Below, piece after piece: positions 9,425 to 20,800 of a stretch of 64,000 bases of DNA (position 1 is the stretch's first letter; each line of letters starts with the position of its first letter). The DNA is from a virus, in IMG/VR virus record IMGVR_UViG_3300037847_007805, positions 1 through 64,000 of that record. One strand, written 5' to 3'. The notes beneath the pieces were generated by a model. It ran no database searches. It was not told the origin of the DNA and saw nothing but the letters and a program-made list of their open reading frames with translations. The translations under genes and the position numbers were made by a program.

Positions 9425-9520
9425 ATTCACAAAGAAATATATCTTTTTTATTTTTAAAAATAATAATTTTTTTTTCTTTGCTTTTCACCTGTAGAATATA
9501 TATTTTTGTTAGTTATAATT

Positions 9521-12500
9521 ATGAAAAGAATAGATTTTTATGAAACATATTATAAAAATTTAAGTCCTTCGACATTTGAAGTAAAAAAAACTGATGAAAA
9601 AATTGAAATAACAGGTTTTAAAAATAAATATCCGAAAAACTTTACGGTTAAAGATGTTAAACAATTTCCTGTAAAACAACAATCTATGCAATCATACGAA
9701 AAAGGCGGACAAACTAATTTTAATCCTGACGGAGTAATGAAAGATAAAGTCGTTCACAGTTCAGGTAATGCAGGTGGAATGCTTGTAGGTAAAAGACATA
9801 GCGAAGGCGGAATAAAAGCAATTAACAAATCTACAGGTCAGCCAATAGAAATGGAAGGCGGAGAAGTTGTAATTACACGAAACGCTGTTTCTGATAACAA
9901 AAAAAGAAGTTTTAATGGCAAGATGATGACCAACCGTCAAATACTTTCAGAAATTAATCAAAGTGGTGGCGGTGTTTCTTTTGCTGATGGGGGCGAAATA
10001 CCTGACAATGTTAAATTTGATTGTAATGCTCAATATGAATACGGTGGTAAAACCATGTGTGGTAAAGATTTAGCAAAAAAAATGGCTAAAGGTGGTGCTG
10101 TAGATGATGATATGAGTGAATTAACTTCTGCTGTTCAACAAATGAATGAAATGATGCAAGAGGGTGGAGAAGTTGAAACAATTTCAGAAGAAAATTATGA
10201 GGTTCAAGTATTATATACAACAAAAGATTTTTACAAGAAATTTGTAACAATAAATTTAAAAGAAGTTAATATAAAAAATGGTTTTATAAAAAGTTTTACA
10301 CCTTTTACATTAGGAGAAGCGTTTTTTAAATCCTTGGATAATAGTTATCAAGACCTAAAACTTGATTCTGAATTTGATTTTTCTTTAAAAGATGCATCGG
10401 AAGAATATAGGATTAATGTTACAAAACAAGATATTGAAAATTTTATTTCGAGTTTAAAAGCATTTCAAGGTGTTTTAAAAGAAATAGTAGCTAACGATGA
10501 TACATATATTCAAAAAATAGATACAAAAATTGAAAGATTAAGAATAGATGGGCAACCCTATGAAGGTGCTGAAGGTTATGAAGAATCAATTTTAGAAAAT
10601 TTAGAGGGATATGGGAACTTCAACTCTACTTACATAATAAGACCCGAAGGTAGTACGAATCCTTATGATTGGTTTCCTATTTCTTCACTTGAAGGAAGGA
10701 GTAATCTTGATTATTTTGACTTTAAAAACAGTTTATATTTTACTGACCCTACAAAAGAGCCTTTGAATTTTATTACTGTTTATCCTGTAATCGGAAATCA
10801 AAATTTTCCACTTATAGATTCAAATAAGCCATTCGGTGTCGCTACTAATTTTGAAGAATTAGGAAAAGTAGTTTATGATTTAAGAAACGCAACTAAATTT
10901 CAAGAAGTTAGATATGCTTTATATCTTAATTCACAAGCAGAAAAATATGATTTTATAAATAACAATTTTTGTTTGGATATTGATGTTTTAAAAAATAAAG
11001 ATGTATTAATTTTAACTTTAAGGAAAAGAAGGTCATCTCGAGGACTTGCAGTTGCGGACTTTAAAGGAAATCCCGCAGGTTATTTTTTATATCGAACAAA
11101 AAGAATTTTTCAAAACCCAAACAAATTCTTATACTTATACAAGACAGTTAATTTGTATAAAGATGGTAATAAAATACAAACATTTTATAAAACATCAAAA
11201 TTGAATGTTTATGGTTGGACTAATTTTTCTCTTGGTTTAGATACAAGTAAAAGTGAAAAGGAAAAAATAAAATTATTAAAAAACACTCAAAAAATTAGGT
11301 CAAAGTTTATTAAAAAATATCAGACAAGTTCTATTGTACCTATGATTTTAAAAGATGAAACTGCAATAGACAAAACTATAAAATTTGAAGGTTTTGACTT
11401 TGCTTCTCAAGGAAAAAAAGGTTCAATGGCTTATAAAATCTTTCCAAGAAATGAAAAAGCATTTAACTTTGCTAAAGAAGTTGGTCTAATTGAAGCTGAT
11501 GCGGAAATACAAACCCTGATGGCTAAAGATTTATCATCACCCATAAAAAGCTATGATAAAATAATTCAATCTCTTTCAAAAGAATTAAAAATACAAAGAC
11601 CACTACTTACAAACGATGAAATAGCTTTGTATCAAAGAAAAATAACAAACTTAATTTTTAATCAAAGAAAATTACAGCAAAAACTTAATGAGCAAATTCC
11701 TTTGATTGACAGAGTTAAAAATTCTTTACAAACAAAATTTGGAGATATTAATAAAAAATATCCTGCAACTAAGTTAATGTCTATAAATGGCAAAAAATCA
11801 GAATTAACAAAACAAGAATATGAATTGGTTAGAACACAGCAATTTAAAACATTCTTCGGTGATTGGGAAACAGCTTATGAAACAGGGGACTATAACGGGT
11901 GTTCCAAAATTATTAATCAAGAAACAAAAGAACCTTTAGCTGTATTCCATGGTTCTGATACATTGTTTGCAGAGTTTCAAACTTATGAAACAAACAAATT
12001 ACATTATTTCGCTAAAAAAAGAGAAATGGCTAATTTTTTTGCTACATCTTGGAAAGAACGAGCCGATAAATCAGCACTTGATTCAGAAGCAATAAAACAG
12101 CTTAACCCAATGAAGGGTGAATTTATTTACAGGTGTTTTTTAGATATAAAAAACCCTATAGATTTTTCAAGATTTGGAATAGACCAAAGACCTATAAAGG
12201 ACTACCTAAAGTTTTTAGAAATAAATTATGATATAAGAGGTTTTGATTTCTTAATCACAGGCTCAAAGTATGGAAAATCATTTTTAGATAAAAAAGTTCC
12301 TGCTTGGTTAATTATTAGAACATGGCAAGATTTTAATTCTTACATAAATAATTTTACCCAATATGACGGTTATATTTTCTATGAATCCATACCTGAAAAA
12401 AGCCCAAAAACTATGGCTAACGCATCTTTATCATTTTGTGCATTTGAAAGCAGACAAATAAAATTAGCTGATTCAAATAATTTTAATGCACTTGTAGAAG

Positions 12501-13240
12501 ATATAAGATTTGAAAAAGGTGGTCGTACAATTAAAATTGTAAATGACGGAGTAAAGTTTGATAAGTCAAAATATAAAGCAGTTTATGGAGATTTTGATAA
12601 AGATGGTACTGTAAACATTGACGATGCTAACCCACTTGATGCAAAAAAATCAGGCAAGGTCGAACAAGTCGAACTTAAAGATACTTTTGACAAGCTATTA
12701 GGGGTTAAAGCTGAACTTGATGATATTATGTACGATGCTGTTGATACACTTGATGAAAAAGCACCATCTGATGCCGATATATATGCAAGAACTAAAACAC
12801 CGTACTCAATTCTCAAAAAACTTGTAGAAAAAAGAATGTTAGACCGTGAAAAAGGACTTACAGATATGATAGGAACAACCATTGCTGTAAAAAATCAAAA
12901 AGAACTCGAGCAAGTTAGAGATGATATTGACAATGGATTATTGGGTAAAATTTTAGACAGAGATGATTACTATAAATCTCCAAAAGCGGGATATAAGGCT
13001 TATCATTACATTGTAGATTATAAAGGTGTACCTGTTGAGGTTCAGTTAAAAACAAAAACTCAAAAGAAACTTCATGAAGCAAGTCATGATTTATATAAAA
13101 AAGGAAAATTAAATCCTTCTGAATTAAATAAAATGTCTGATTTATTTGAACAAGCTGATAGAGGAAACGCTAAAGCTAAAGCACAGGTAAATAAATTAGT
13201 AAAAAATAAAAAACAACTAACAAAAAAGATTTCTAAATGA
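9521..13240 (+). CDS. polyvalent protein: N-terminal G-H-GG/E-EGGE module, ADP-ribosyltransferase-like domain, Ca-binding-like repeat, C-terminal RelA/SpoT-type nucleotidyltransferase
   Basis: GKRHSEGG...IEMEGGEVVI; VRTQQFKTFFGDW...PLAVFHG...YFA...FLDIKNP...YDGYI...AFESRQIK; GDFDKDGTVNIDD; RTKTPYSILKK...DMIG...GYKAYH...VEVQLKT. Confidence 0.8.
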   Translation: MKRIDFYETYYKNLSPSTFEVKKTDEKIEITGFKNKYPKNFTVKDVKQFPVKQQSMQSYEKGGQTNFNPDGVMKDKVVHSSGNAGGMLVGKRHSEGGIKAINKSTGQPIEMEGGEVVITRNAVSDNKKRSFNGKMMTNRQILSEINQSGGGVSFADGGEIPDNVKFDCNAQYEYGGKTMCGKDLAKKMAKGGAVDDDMSELTSAVQQMNEMMQEGGEVETISEENYEVQVLYTTKDFYKKFVTINLKEVNIKNGFIKSFTPFTLGEAFFKSLDNSYQDLKLDSEFDFSLKDASEEYRINVTKQDIENFISSLKAFQGVLKEIVANDDTYIQKIDTKIERLRIDGQPYEGAEGYEESILENLEGYGNFNSTYIIRPEGSTNPYDWFPISSLEGRSNLDYFDFKNSLYFTDPTKEPLNFITVYPVIGNQNFPLIDSNKPFGVATNFEELGKVVYDLRNATKFQEVRYALYLNSQAEKYDFINNNFCLDIDVLKNKDVLILTLRKRRSSRGLAVADFKGNPAGYFLYRTKRIFQNPNKFLYLYKTVNLYKDGNKIQTFYKTSKLNVYGWTNFSLGLDTSKSEKEKIKLLKNTQKIRSKFIKKYQTSSIVPMILKDETAIDKTIKFEGFDFASQGKKGSMAYKIFPRNEKAFNFAKEVGLIEADAEIQTLMAKDLSSPIKSYDKIIQSLSKELKIQRPLLTNDEIALYQRKITNLIFNQRKLQQKLNEQIPLIDRVKNSLQTKFGDINKKYPATKLMSINGKKSELTKQEYELVRTQQFKTFFGDWETAYETGDYNGCSKIINQETKEPLAVFHGSDTLFAEFQTYETNKLHYFAKKREMANFFATSWKERADKSALDSEAIKQLNPMKGEFIYRCFLDIKNPIDFSRFGIDQRPIKDYLKFLEINYDIRGFDFLITGSKYGKSFLDKKVPAWLIIRTWQDFNSYINNFTQYDGYIFYESIPEKSPKTMANASLSFCAFESRQIKLADSNNFNALVEDIRFEKGGRTIKIVNDGVKFDKSKYKAVYGDFDKDGTVNIDDANPLDAKKSGKVEQVELKDTFDKLLGVKAELDDIMYDAVDTLDEKAPSDADIYARTKTPYSILKKLVEKRMLDREKGLTDMIGTTIAVKNQKELEQVRDDIDNGLLGKILDRDDYYKSPKAGYKAYHYIVDYKGVPVEVQLKTKTQKKLHEASHDLYKKGKLNPSELNKMSDLFEQADRGNAKAKAQVNKLVKNKKQLTKKISK

Positions 13241-14091
13241 GTGTTCTATCAAATATAGTCGGTACAGAATTACTTGGAAGTGGAACGGGTTTTCAAAGTA
13301 AGTTCCCTACAATGGTTTCTAAAGCTAATCTAATTAATAGTTCATCTTCTCAAGAGATAGATTCTATTATTGATAAAGCAATTTCTAAAGGAGTTTTTGA
13401 ATCAGGTGTGCGTTCATTAGATAATTCGGGAAAAAAAACCATTATACAAGCCCAATTAAATCAAGAACAAAAGGGCGAACCTTCTTTTATGCCAAATTAT
13501 GGTAAAACAGATGAAGAAGGAGAAAAAAATCCACCCACGGGGCAATCGCAATTTAAAGGTGGTGAAGGAGATTTTGATATTCAAAAATTCTTAGACGATG
13601 GCGAAGGAGAAGGCGAAGGTGAAGGCGAAGGCGAAGGAAAGGGAGAAGGACAAGGACAAGGAGAAGATGATAGCGAAGGAGAAGGAGAAGGAGAAGGAGA
13701 AGGAGAAGGAGAACCTCAACTACCTGAATTTAAAGAAGATGAAACTGAAGAAGAAAGAGAAGAAAGAGAGCAGAAAGAAAAAGAGGAAGAAGAAAAAAGA
13801 GAAAATCTAAACTTGTTGCCCCTTATTATAATTCCTGATGAATTGAAAAAAAATAAAGACGTAAAATATAGTTTAAAAGAATCCGAAATTGGAGTAATAA
13901 TTTCTATAAAAGCCAATAACGAATACTATGGTGTGCAAAAGGAATTTATGTTTGAAGTCAATAGACAGCCAATAACACTTGAAGGAAGGACTTTAAATTT
14001 TGATGGACAAGTAAATTTATTAAATAAAGAGTATGAGGATTTTGCAAAATCATACAATGAAGAAGTTTTAACAAAATATAAATCTAAATAA
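13237..14091 (+). CDS. acidic protein with (GE)n low-complexity tract
   Basis: GEGEGE repeat at ~13600-13713; immediately upstream of the AAA+ gene. Confidence 0.7.
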   Translation: MSVLSNIVGTELLGSGTGFQSKFPTMVSKANLINSSSSQEIDSIIDKAISKGVFESGVRSLDNSGKKTIIQAQLNQEQKGEPSFMPNYGKTDEEGEKNPPTGQSQFKGGEGDFDIQKFLDDGEGEGEGEGEGEGKGEGQGQGEDDSEGEGEGEGEGEGEPQLPEFKEDETEEEREEREQKEKEEEEKRENLNLLPLIIIPDELKKNKDVKYSLKESEIGVIISIKANNEYYGVQKEFMFEVNRQPITLEGRTLNFDGQVNLLNKEYEDFAKSYNEEVLTKYKSK

Positions 14092-14092
14092 A

Positions 14093-15451
14093 ATGACAAA
14101 AGAAGAATTATTAGAAATAGTAAACAACCCTGATAATCCTCAAGATTTGATTGATGATGCAAAAGAGCAGATAAGTAGATTAGAAAATCTTGAAAAAAGT
14201 GAAGTAAGCGGGGTAGATGCAGATGTTAGATTTGCTGTAGAGCAGTTTAACAGAGGTATAGAACAAATAGTTACAAAAGGTGTTGATAAACAAGAGGTGG
14301 CTGAAATAGTCAATAAAGAGTTTAGAAACAGTAAAATTGGAATTGACAACCTTGATAAATCAGTAAAAGAACTTATTGGTAAATCTCAAACTGTTCAAAT
14401 CGTAAACTATGAAGGAGTAACTGTAAAAACCTCTGATGGAAAAAAGAGAAAAGTATTTGATATTATACTTTCTGATTTTGAAGCGGGTAACAACGTATAT
14501 TTATATGGGGGTGCAGGAACAGGTAAAACTTTTATTGCAGGTCAAATAGCTAAAGCAATTAACTATAAATTAGTTACACTAAACTGTAATCAATTTACAT
14601 CTCCTTTGGATATTATTGGTGGACAAACCATTGAAGGGTATCAGGAAGGTAGATTAATTACAGCTTTTGGAAATTTAGATTTAGGTGTTAATCCTGCTAC
14701 AGGAAAAGAATTTAGTGGTGCTTTGTTACTATTAGATGAATTACCAAAACTTGACCCAAATACAGCAGGTGTTTTGAATGATGGATTGTCAAAAATTAAA
14801 GACCCTATAGAAAAATCACAAACGGGGAAAATAATTCCACCAACAATTACAAACGGTAGAGGTCAAGCTATTTCTAAAGGTAAAATTTTTGTTATCGCTA
14901 CAGGGAACTCTTTATTGAATGAAGCAGATGCCGACTATGAAGCAAACTTCAAACAGGATTTATCACTTCAAGATAGATTTGCAGGAAGTACATACGAATT
15001 AATTATTGACCCTGAATATGAATTAAATAACATTTTGCAGAATATAATGGTAGATGACAAGCTGTGTAACTTTACATTTATATTTAATTTCTTGTTTAGG
15101 CTTAGAGAAGTTATTGAAAAATACGAATTTCAAGGAAGGGCTTTTGTTTCCCAAAGGCTATCAGTATCATGCAGAGATACATATATTGCTTACAGATTAA
15201 ATGAAAGAATGGGAAGTAAAAAAATACCGAATGCAAAAACACTTCAGGTAGCAATTACAACTTTCTTGAGTTTGTTTACAAGCACTCAACAAAATGCAAT
15301 CAAATCTGATATTGATGTAGATGAGTTTTTCACTTTGGTAGATGAGAAAAACAAAATGCCATTAGATAAGTTAGATACTGAAAAAGATATTGAAGAAGCT
15401 GAAATGTTAATTTCTGCGTTCCAAAAAAATAACCAAGGTAAAATTACTTAA
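14093..15451 (+). CDS. MoxR/CobS-like AAA+ ATPase
   Basis: Walker A GGAGTGKT, Walker B LLLDE, IATGN sensor, SLQDRF. Confidence 0.85.
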   Translation: MTKEELLEIVNNPDNPQDLIDDAKEQISRLENLEKSEVSGVDADVRFAVEQFNRGIEQIVTKGVDKQEVAEIVNKEFRNSKIGIDNLDKSVKELIGKSQTVQIVNYEGVTVKTSDGKKRKVFDIILSDFEAGNNVYLYGGAGTGKTFIAGQIAKAINYKLVTLNCNQFTSPLDIIGGQTIEGYQEGRLITAFGNLDLGVNPATGKEFSGALLLLDELPKLDPNTAGVLNDGLSKIKDPIEKSQTGKIIPPTITNGRGQAISKGKIFVIATGNSLLNEADADYEANFKQDLSLQDRFAGSTYELIIDPEYELNNILQNIMVDDKLCNFTFIFNFLFRLREVIEKYEFQGRAFVSQRLSVSCRDTYIAYRLNERMGSKKIPNAKTLQVAITTFLSLFTSTQQNAIKSDIDVDEFFTLVDEKNKMPLDKLDTEKDIEEAEMLISAFQKNNQGKIT

Positions 15452-16998
15452 TGAATAGAACCAATTACATATACTATTCTTTTGACCCCGTTAAAGATAT
15501 AATGGCGGGTATGAAAACTGTTGAAGATAGAAATTTAGAAAGATGGACAACTCTAAGAAAAATTCAAGCAGATAATTCAAAACAATGGGAAGATACTAAC
15601 TTTTCAGGAAGAAAAATTGGAAGTAAGGATTCTGTAGAAAAACAATTTGACCTTGAAGATGGTCTTTCAAAATTTATAAGCACTCGACTTTTAAAACAAC
15701 TTGAAGATGCTTATGATACTGTTTTATCTGAAGTGGATTTGGGCGGTAATATACTTCCAAGCAGAATAAAATTTTCTTCTAAACCCATGGGTATTTTTGA
15801 CTTTGGTCAAGCATCAAAAGGTTTAATTAGACCTGTAGAGTTTTTTTCTACTGTAGACAATAAAATAATAAACCCTAAAGTGGTCAATAAAGAAACTAAA
15901 GGTGGTGAAAATTTATTTTATTACTTGAAAAAAACAGAAAAGATTTATGTTCAAAGAAGGCAAGAGGGTACAACTAAAATGGTTGATAATTGTCCTGAAT
16001 TGGATATAAAACAAAATAATAAACTAAAACTATTTTTACCTTACAGGGGAAATGAAATAGTAAATGAATGTAAAGGATTTAGATTGAGGTACACCTCTAC
16101 GAACCCCAAAGTTTATGCATATAGAGAAAAATTAGGTGGGGGAACAACTCCGTATGTTGATTTATATATAGCGATGGGGGGAGTATATGACCAAAACCCT
16201 GAATCAATGTCTATTAGAAGCGTACCTAACTTACTTTTAGCAAGAACTCTTGAAAACGCAGGAGTTAAAGTAAGAATTTTTGGTTTGTGGAGTACGGGAA
16301 ATAGGAATGATATTTTCTCAATCGCTTTGCTTATAAAAAATTATGGTGAATCAGTATCTACAAACCAATTAGCTATTTTATGTGCTGATACAAGGTTTTA
16401 CAGATATTGGCTTTCTATTTCAGCTAAAGGTATGATATATGATAAATTTGGTGTAGAAAAACCTGTCTTTGAAGGTACGGGTACTTTGAGAACTGAAGAT
16501 ATAAATGATTATATAATGCCAAGATTGAGAAATTTCACATTGTATAATATACAAGACGGAAAATTTCCTTCACAGCTTGTAAATAAACGACTAATAGTAT
16601 TTGTTCCTCTTGATGCAGATTCAGACGATAAAATTGATAGTGAAGAAGTAAGAAAACAAATTAAAGAAACTTATACAAAATTTGTAGATTATATATGTTT
16701 AGAGTTTTCGATTAACCCTGCTAAAGTAATTAAAGATATTCGAGTAAGACAGAATGAAGAAGGAATGAGTGCGAGTGAAACAAAAAGATATTTAAGAGAA
16801 GCTATTGCAAACGTATATAAAACAACAAGAGAATATAAGGGTAGTGATTTAGAATTGACAGATTCTGAAAAAATAGAACAAGCTGATAATATATTAGATA
16901 AAGAAAATCAATATATATTAGATACTCAAGATGGATATGAAGATACTGAAAAGAGTAGGGAAAAATTATTTGAAATTATAAACAAAACAATAAAATGA
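15451..16998 (+). CDS. putative VWA-like (CobT-like) partner of the AAA+ ATPase
   Basis: coupled to AAA gene; VDLYIA...LARTLENAGVKVRI...IKNYGE...FYR pattern; no canonical MIDAS. Confidence 0.5.
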   Translation: MNRTNYIYYSFDPVKDIMAGMKTVEDRNLERWTTLRKIQADNSKQWEDTNFSGRKIGSKDSVEKQFDLEDGLSKFISTRLLKQLEDAYDTVLSEVDLGGNILPSRIKFSSKPMGIFDFGQASKGLIRPVEFFSTVDNKIINPKVVNKETKGGENLFYYLKKTEKIYVQRRQEGTTKMVDNCPELDIKQNNKLKLFLPYRGNEIVNECKGFRLRYTSTNPKVYAYREKLGGGTTPYVDLYIAMGGVYDQNPESMSIRSVPNLLLARTLENAGVKVRIFGLWSTGNRNDIFSIALLIKNYGESVSTNQLAILCADTRFYRYWLSISAKGMIYDKFGVEKPVFEGTGTLRTEDINDYIMPRLRNFTLYNIQDGKFPSQLVNKRLIVFVPLDADSDDKIDSEEVRKQIKETYTKFVDYICLEFSINPAKVIKDIRVRQNEEGMSASETKRYLREAIANVYKTTREYKGSDLELTDSEKIEQADNILDKENQYILDTQDGYEDTEKSREKLFEIINKTIK

Positions 16999-17858
16999 TA
17001 GGATTAGATGGATTAGCATATATTGATAAAGAAATTAACCCTGTAATTGTTGTCGGTTTAGTTGATTTTATAGATAAGAAGTATTTAGTTCTAAATACTC
17101 CACCTCTTAATGGCGAATTTGGGAGTTATTTTTCTGAAACATATAATAATATAGATTCGATTATGAGGGCTTGTGAATTGTCTGTATTATCACAAGAGGA
17201 AATAATTAGAAGGGACGATAATTCTTCTATTGTATGGGGTACAAGGTCAAATGAATTAGATTTAGGCGATATTGTTTTTTATAATTTTAAAAAATATACG
17301 GTTATAGGACGGGTCTTAAACACCTATGCTCAACTTAATATACAAACTCCTGTTTTATTTAGTATGGACAGAATGTTTGAGGAATATAAAAATTTATTGT
17401 ATTCAAAGTATTCAGATGATGAGATACTAAATATAATTAACGATAAGCTAAAAGGGGGGGAATACAAAGATGATTTTGTATTGCCTTTTACTAATTCTGA
17501 AGATGAAAACTCTTGGGGTGAAAAAATCAAATTAGTTAAAAATTATAATAGGGAAGCCTATTCAAAAATTATTCAAAATTTAAATGATAGATATTTTGAA
17601 TTTGAAGAAAAAAGGCAAACTAAGGATTTTTTAAAGGACTTTTTATTAACTCGACAAGATGAAAAATTAGAAATTTTAGCAGATAGAAAGCCTGAATTTT
17701 ATGAATCGTTTGTGAGGCTTATCAACGTAGTAAACAACAAAATATATAGTCAAGAAAAAGGAATGGCTCAAGTCGAACCTGAAATTCTTGATTTTGAAAA
17801 AATGATGGAAGAAGAATTAGATTTTGAATCATTAATGGAAGAACAACTTGGGGAATAA
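16995..17858 (+). CDS. hypothetical protein
   Basis: ATGA-coupled ORF. Confidence 0.65.
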   Translation: MIGLDGLAYIDKEINPVIVVGLVDFIDKKYLVLNTPPLNGEFGSYFSETYNNIDSIMRACELSVLSQEEIIRRDDNSSIVWGTRSNELDLGDIVFYNFKKYTVIGRVLNTYAQLNIQTPVLFSMDRMFEEYKNLLYSKYSDDEILNIINDKLKGGEYKDDFVLPFTNSEDENSWGEKIKLVKNYNREAYSKIIQNLNDRYFEFEEKRQTKDFLKDFLLTRQDEKLEILADRKPEFYESFVRLINVVNNKIYSQEKGMAQVEPEILDFEKMMEEELDFESLMEEQLGE

Positions 17859-17888
17859 TTAGATATAAATAAAATTAAATTTAAAAAA

Positions 17889-20800
17889 ATGAGTGCAAAA
17901 GCAAAATACGAAAGTTTAGATAGAAGTAAATTGGACAAAGGGGTTCTAAAACTTCTCGATGTTATGAAGAAAAAAACAGACAACTTTGAAAACAAAGAAG
18001 TTGTAAAAGCATCTAAAGTAGAAGGTGCTTTGGATAAGCTGATAGCTAAATATCCTGATGCTGTTAAAAAGTCAAAGCCAAAAGCTAAAGCCAAGCCAAA
18101 AGCAAAGGCGAAAGCAAAAGCTAAATCTACAGGTTCTCCTAAAAAAGAAACTGTAATGACTGTGGCTAAAAGAATTAGAAAGGACGGAGAAAAATGGCAA
18201 GATGCACTCAAAAGAGCCAAAGCAGAAATGGGTAAAGAAACCAAAAAATCTAAATCTGCTGTTGAATCTGAAATGGATAAATTAAAGAAACTAATTGCCG
18301 AAGATAGTGTTCTAAAAGGATTTCAAAAATCTGACTTACAAAGAGATTCTGTAAGAAAAGCTAAACCAAGAGGAAAAAGAAAATCTACTACCAAAGGTGA
18401 AACTACTAATCAATATGGTACATTCAAAAATAAAGTTGGTAGACCTTATTGGGAAAGCAGAGAAAATCGTTCTGATAGATATGCACCAAAATATCCTGCT
18501 AACAAACCATTTTTAGAAGATGGTGGAGTAATTGTAGGTGGTTCAACAGTTCTTAGAAACAATGCCGATATAATGGATTTAGGAATTGCTAATTCTGATG
18601 CTGTATTTAAGCACGGTGGGGCAATACATAAAATGAGAAAAGAAAAAGATATTGACATTTACGAAGAACAAATGAAACATGGTGGTAAAACGCATGGTTC
18701 AGATTGTGGCTGTAAAACCTGTATGGAAAAAGGTGGTATGGTTGAGTATGCTATTTTAGAAGATTATGATGGGAATGACATAGAAAAAATGAAGTTTCCA
18801 AAACCAATAATTGAAAGTGAAGTAGTAGAGCCAATGGGTTATTCATTAGCTGATATTGAGGAAGATGAAGATGGAGTTCTTTATGCAAGATTTCAGCAAG
18901 ATGATGAATTTGCTAAAGGTGGAAGAATGAAGCAAGGTTACAATGACCGATTAGACGAAAGTTTAGGTATGCGTGATGGTGTCGAACCTATGATGATGCA
19001 ATCTTACAAAGACCGTAGAGATGAATCCAAAGGAATGGAAAAAGCTATGGGTCGTAGAGCATATCAATCGGTTGGCACAATGGATAAAATGGGTCATGGT
19101 GGTATGATGCAAGGTTACAACGATAGATTAGATGAAAGTTTAGGTATGCGTGATGGTGTCGAACCTATGATGATGCAATCTTACAAAGACCGTAGAGATG
19201 AATCCAAAGGAATGGAAAAAGCTATGGGTCGTAGAGCATATCAATCTGTGGGTACTATGGACAAAATGGGCATGGGTGGATATTTATTAGCGGGTGGCAC
19301 AGGTGCTTATTTAGGTGCTAAATATCCTGATAAAGTAAAAAAAGTAACTGACCCGTTAGATAAAGCTGTTGAAGATATAAATAGAAACTTAAGAAATAGA
19401 TATGAAGATGGCGGACTTGTAGTAGGTGGCTCAACAGTCCTAAGAGATAACGGAGATATTATGCCCTTGGGAACTGCTAATGCCGATGCAGTATTTCAGA
19501 CAGGTGGAGTTACAGCCCAAACTGTTGTAAACCCAAATGAAGCGATGGCTGATTTACAAAGCACTTATGGTTTTGATGATGTTTATGCTAAAGGTGGGAA
19601 GATAAAAATTAGGAATGGCAAGGTAGTAAAAACCGATATAATTCACGAAAAGGAATCGTTAGGTTTGCCATTTCGAATTGTTTATTCTAAATTTTTAAGA
19701 GCAAATGATATTTCTGAATCATCTTTGTCATTGGCAGATTCACTTGAACTTGAAACTATTGCGTTAAATGAGTGGGAAAAAAGTAATAAAACCTACGCTA
19801 AAGGGGGTTATATTGTTGAATGGTATGAAAATGACCAAAATAATTTTGAATACTTTGATAGCAACGAACTTAATGAGGCAAAGGACTTCTATAAATTTAT
19901 TAAAGACGAAAAATTCTATTACGAGAAACCTAAAGTGGTTTTAACTTCAAGAAGTGATGGAGAAGTATTAATGGGTAAAAAATTTGCTAAAGGTGGTAAA
20001 ATTGATGTAAGTAATTATAAAATCAATTATTTTGAAACTGAAAGCGATAGAGATAGTGGCGAATCTCAACAATTTGATTCTTTTGAAACTGATTATGATG
20101 CTTTCATAAATGATGCAAGACGTTTATATAAAAGAGATGGAATGGAAGCTGTTGAGGTTTTAAACGAAAAAGGAGAAACAGTCGTAATTTTTGATAATGA
20201 CACTCCCGATGGAGAATTTTATATGACTAAACCTTCCAAAAAATCTTCTAAATTAGAAGTTGGAGAATTTCAAGTAGGCAAAAGGGTAGGATTTATAAAT
20301 ACTCCACACGATGAAAGAGTTGGTGAAATTGTGGGAGAAGAACAGAATGGTAAATACCCTGTTAAATTAAAAAGCAAAATACACCAAGGATTTGAAGATA
20401 GAAAAGGTGAGCCAAAACTCATAAAAAGAGAGAACTTAATTAGATTATATAGTAGATGGGACGAAAGGGAAGAATTGGAGAAAAAATTTGATAGCGAAAT
20501 GAAAAGAATTTCACCTAAACAAATAGATAGGATTAAAAAAGAGTATGAAAAATATGAAGATATGCTCTCTCCTAAAAGGGATAATCCCGAATTTCAGGAA
20601 TTTTTTGTCAGAGAATCCCAAAAAATATCCATGGCTAAAGGTGGGAAGATTGATAATATGATAGGTAAAAAAGTTAAAGTTGATTTCAGAAAAGAGGTAG
20701 GCAAAATAATAAATATAGAAAATGATGATGTTACTGTTTTTTATCCTGAATTGGGATTTTCAGAAGTATTAGATGCTAAAGCAGTAGAAATTGTTTTTTT

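Noticed and set aside
13598-13810. Alternative-frame (AK/EK)n ORF
   Set aside because: Frame-shifted reading of the GAAGGN microsatellite encoding the (GE)n tract
18933-19270. Tandem repeat as CRISPR array or DGR template/variable pair
   Set aside because: In-frame coding duplication, no spacers, differences largely synonymous, no cas operon or reverse transcriptase seen
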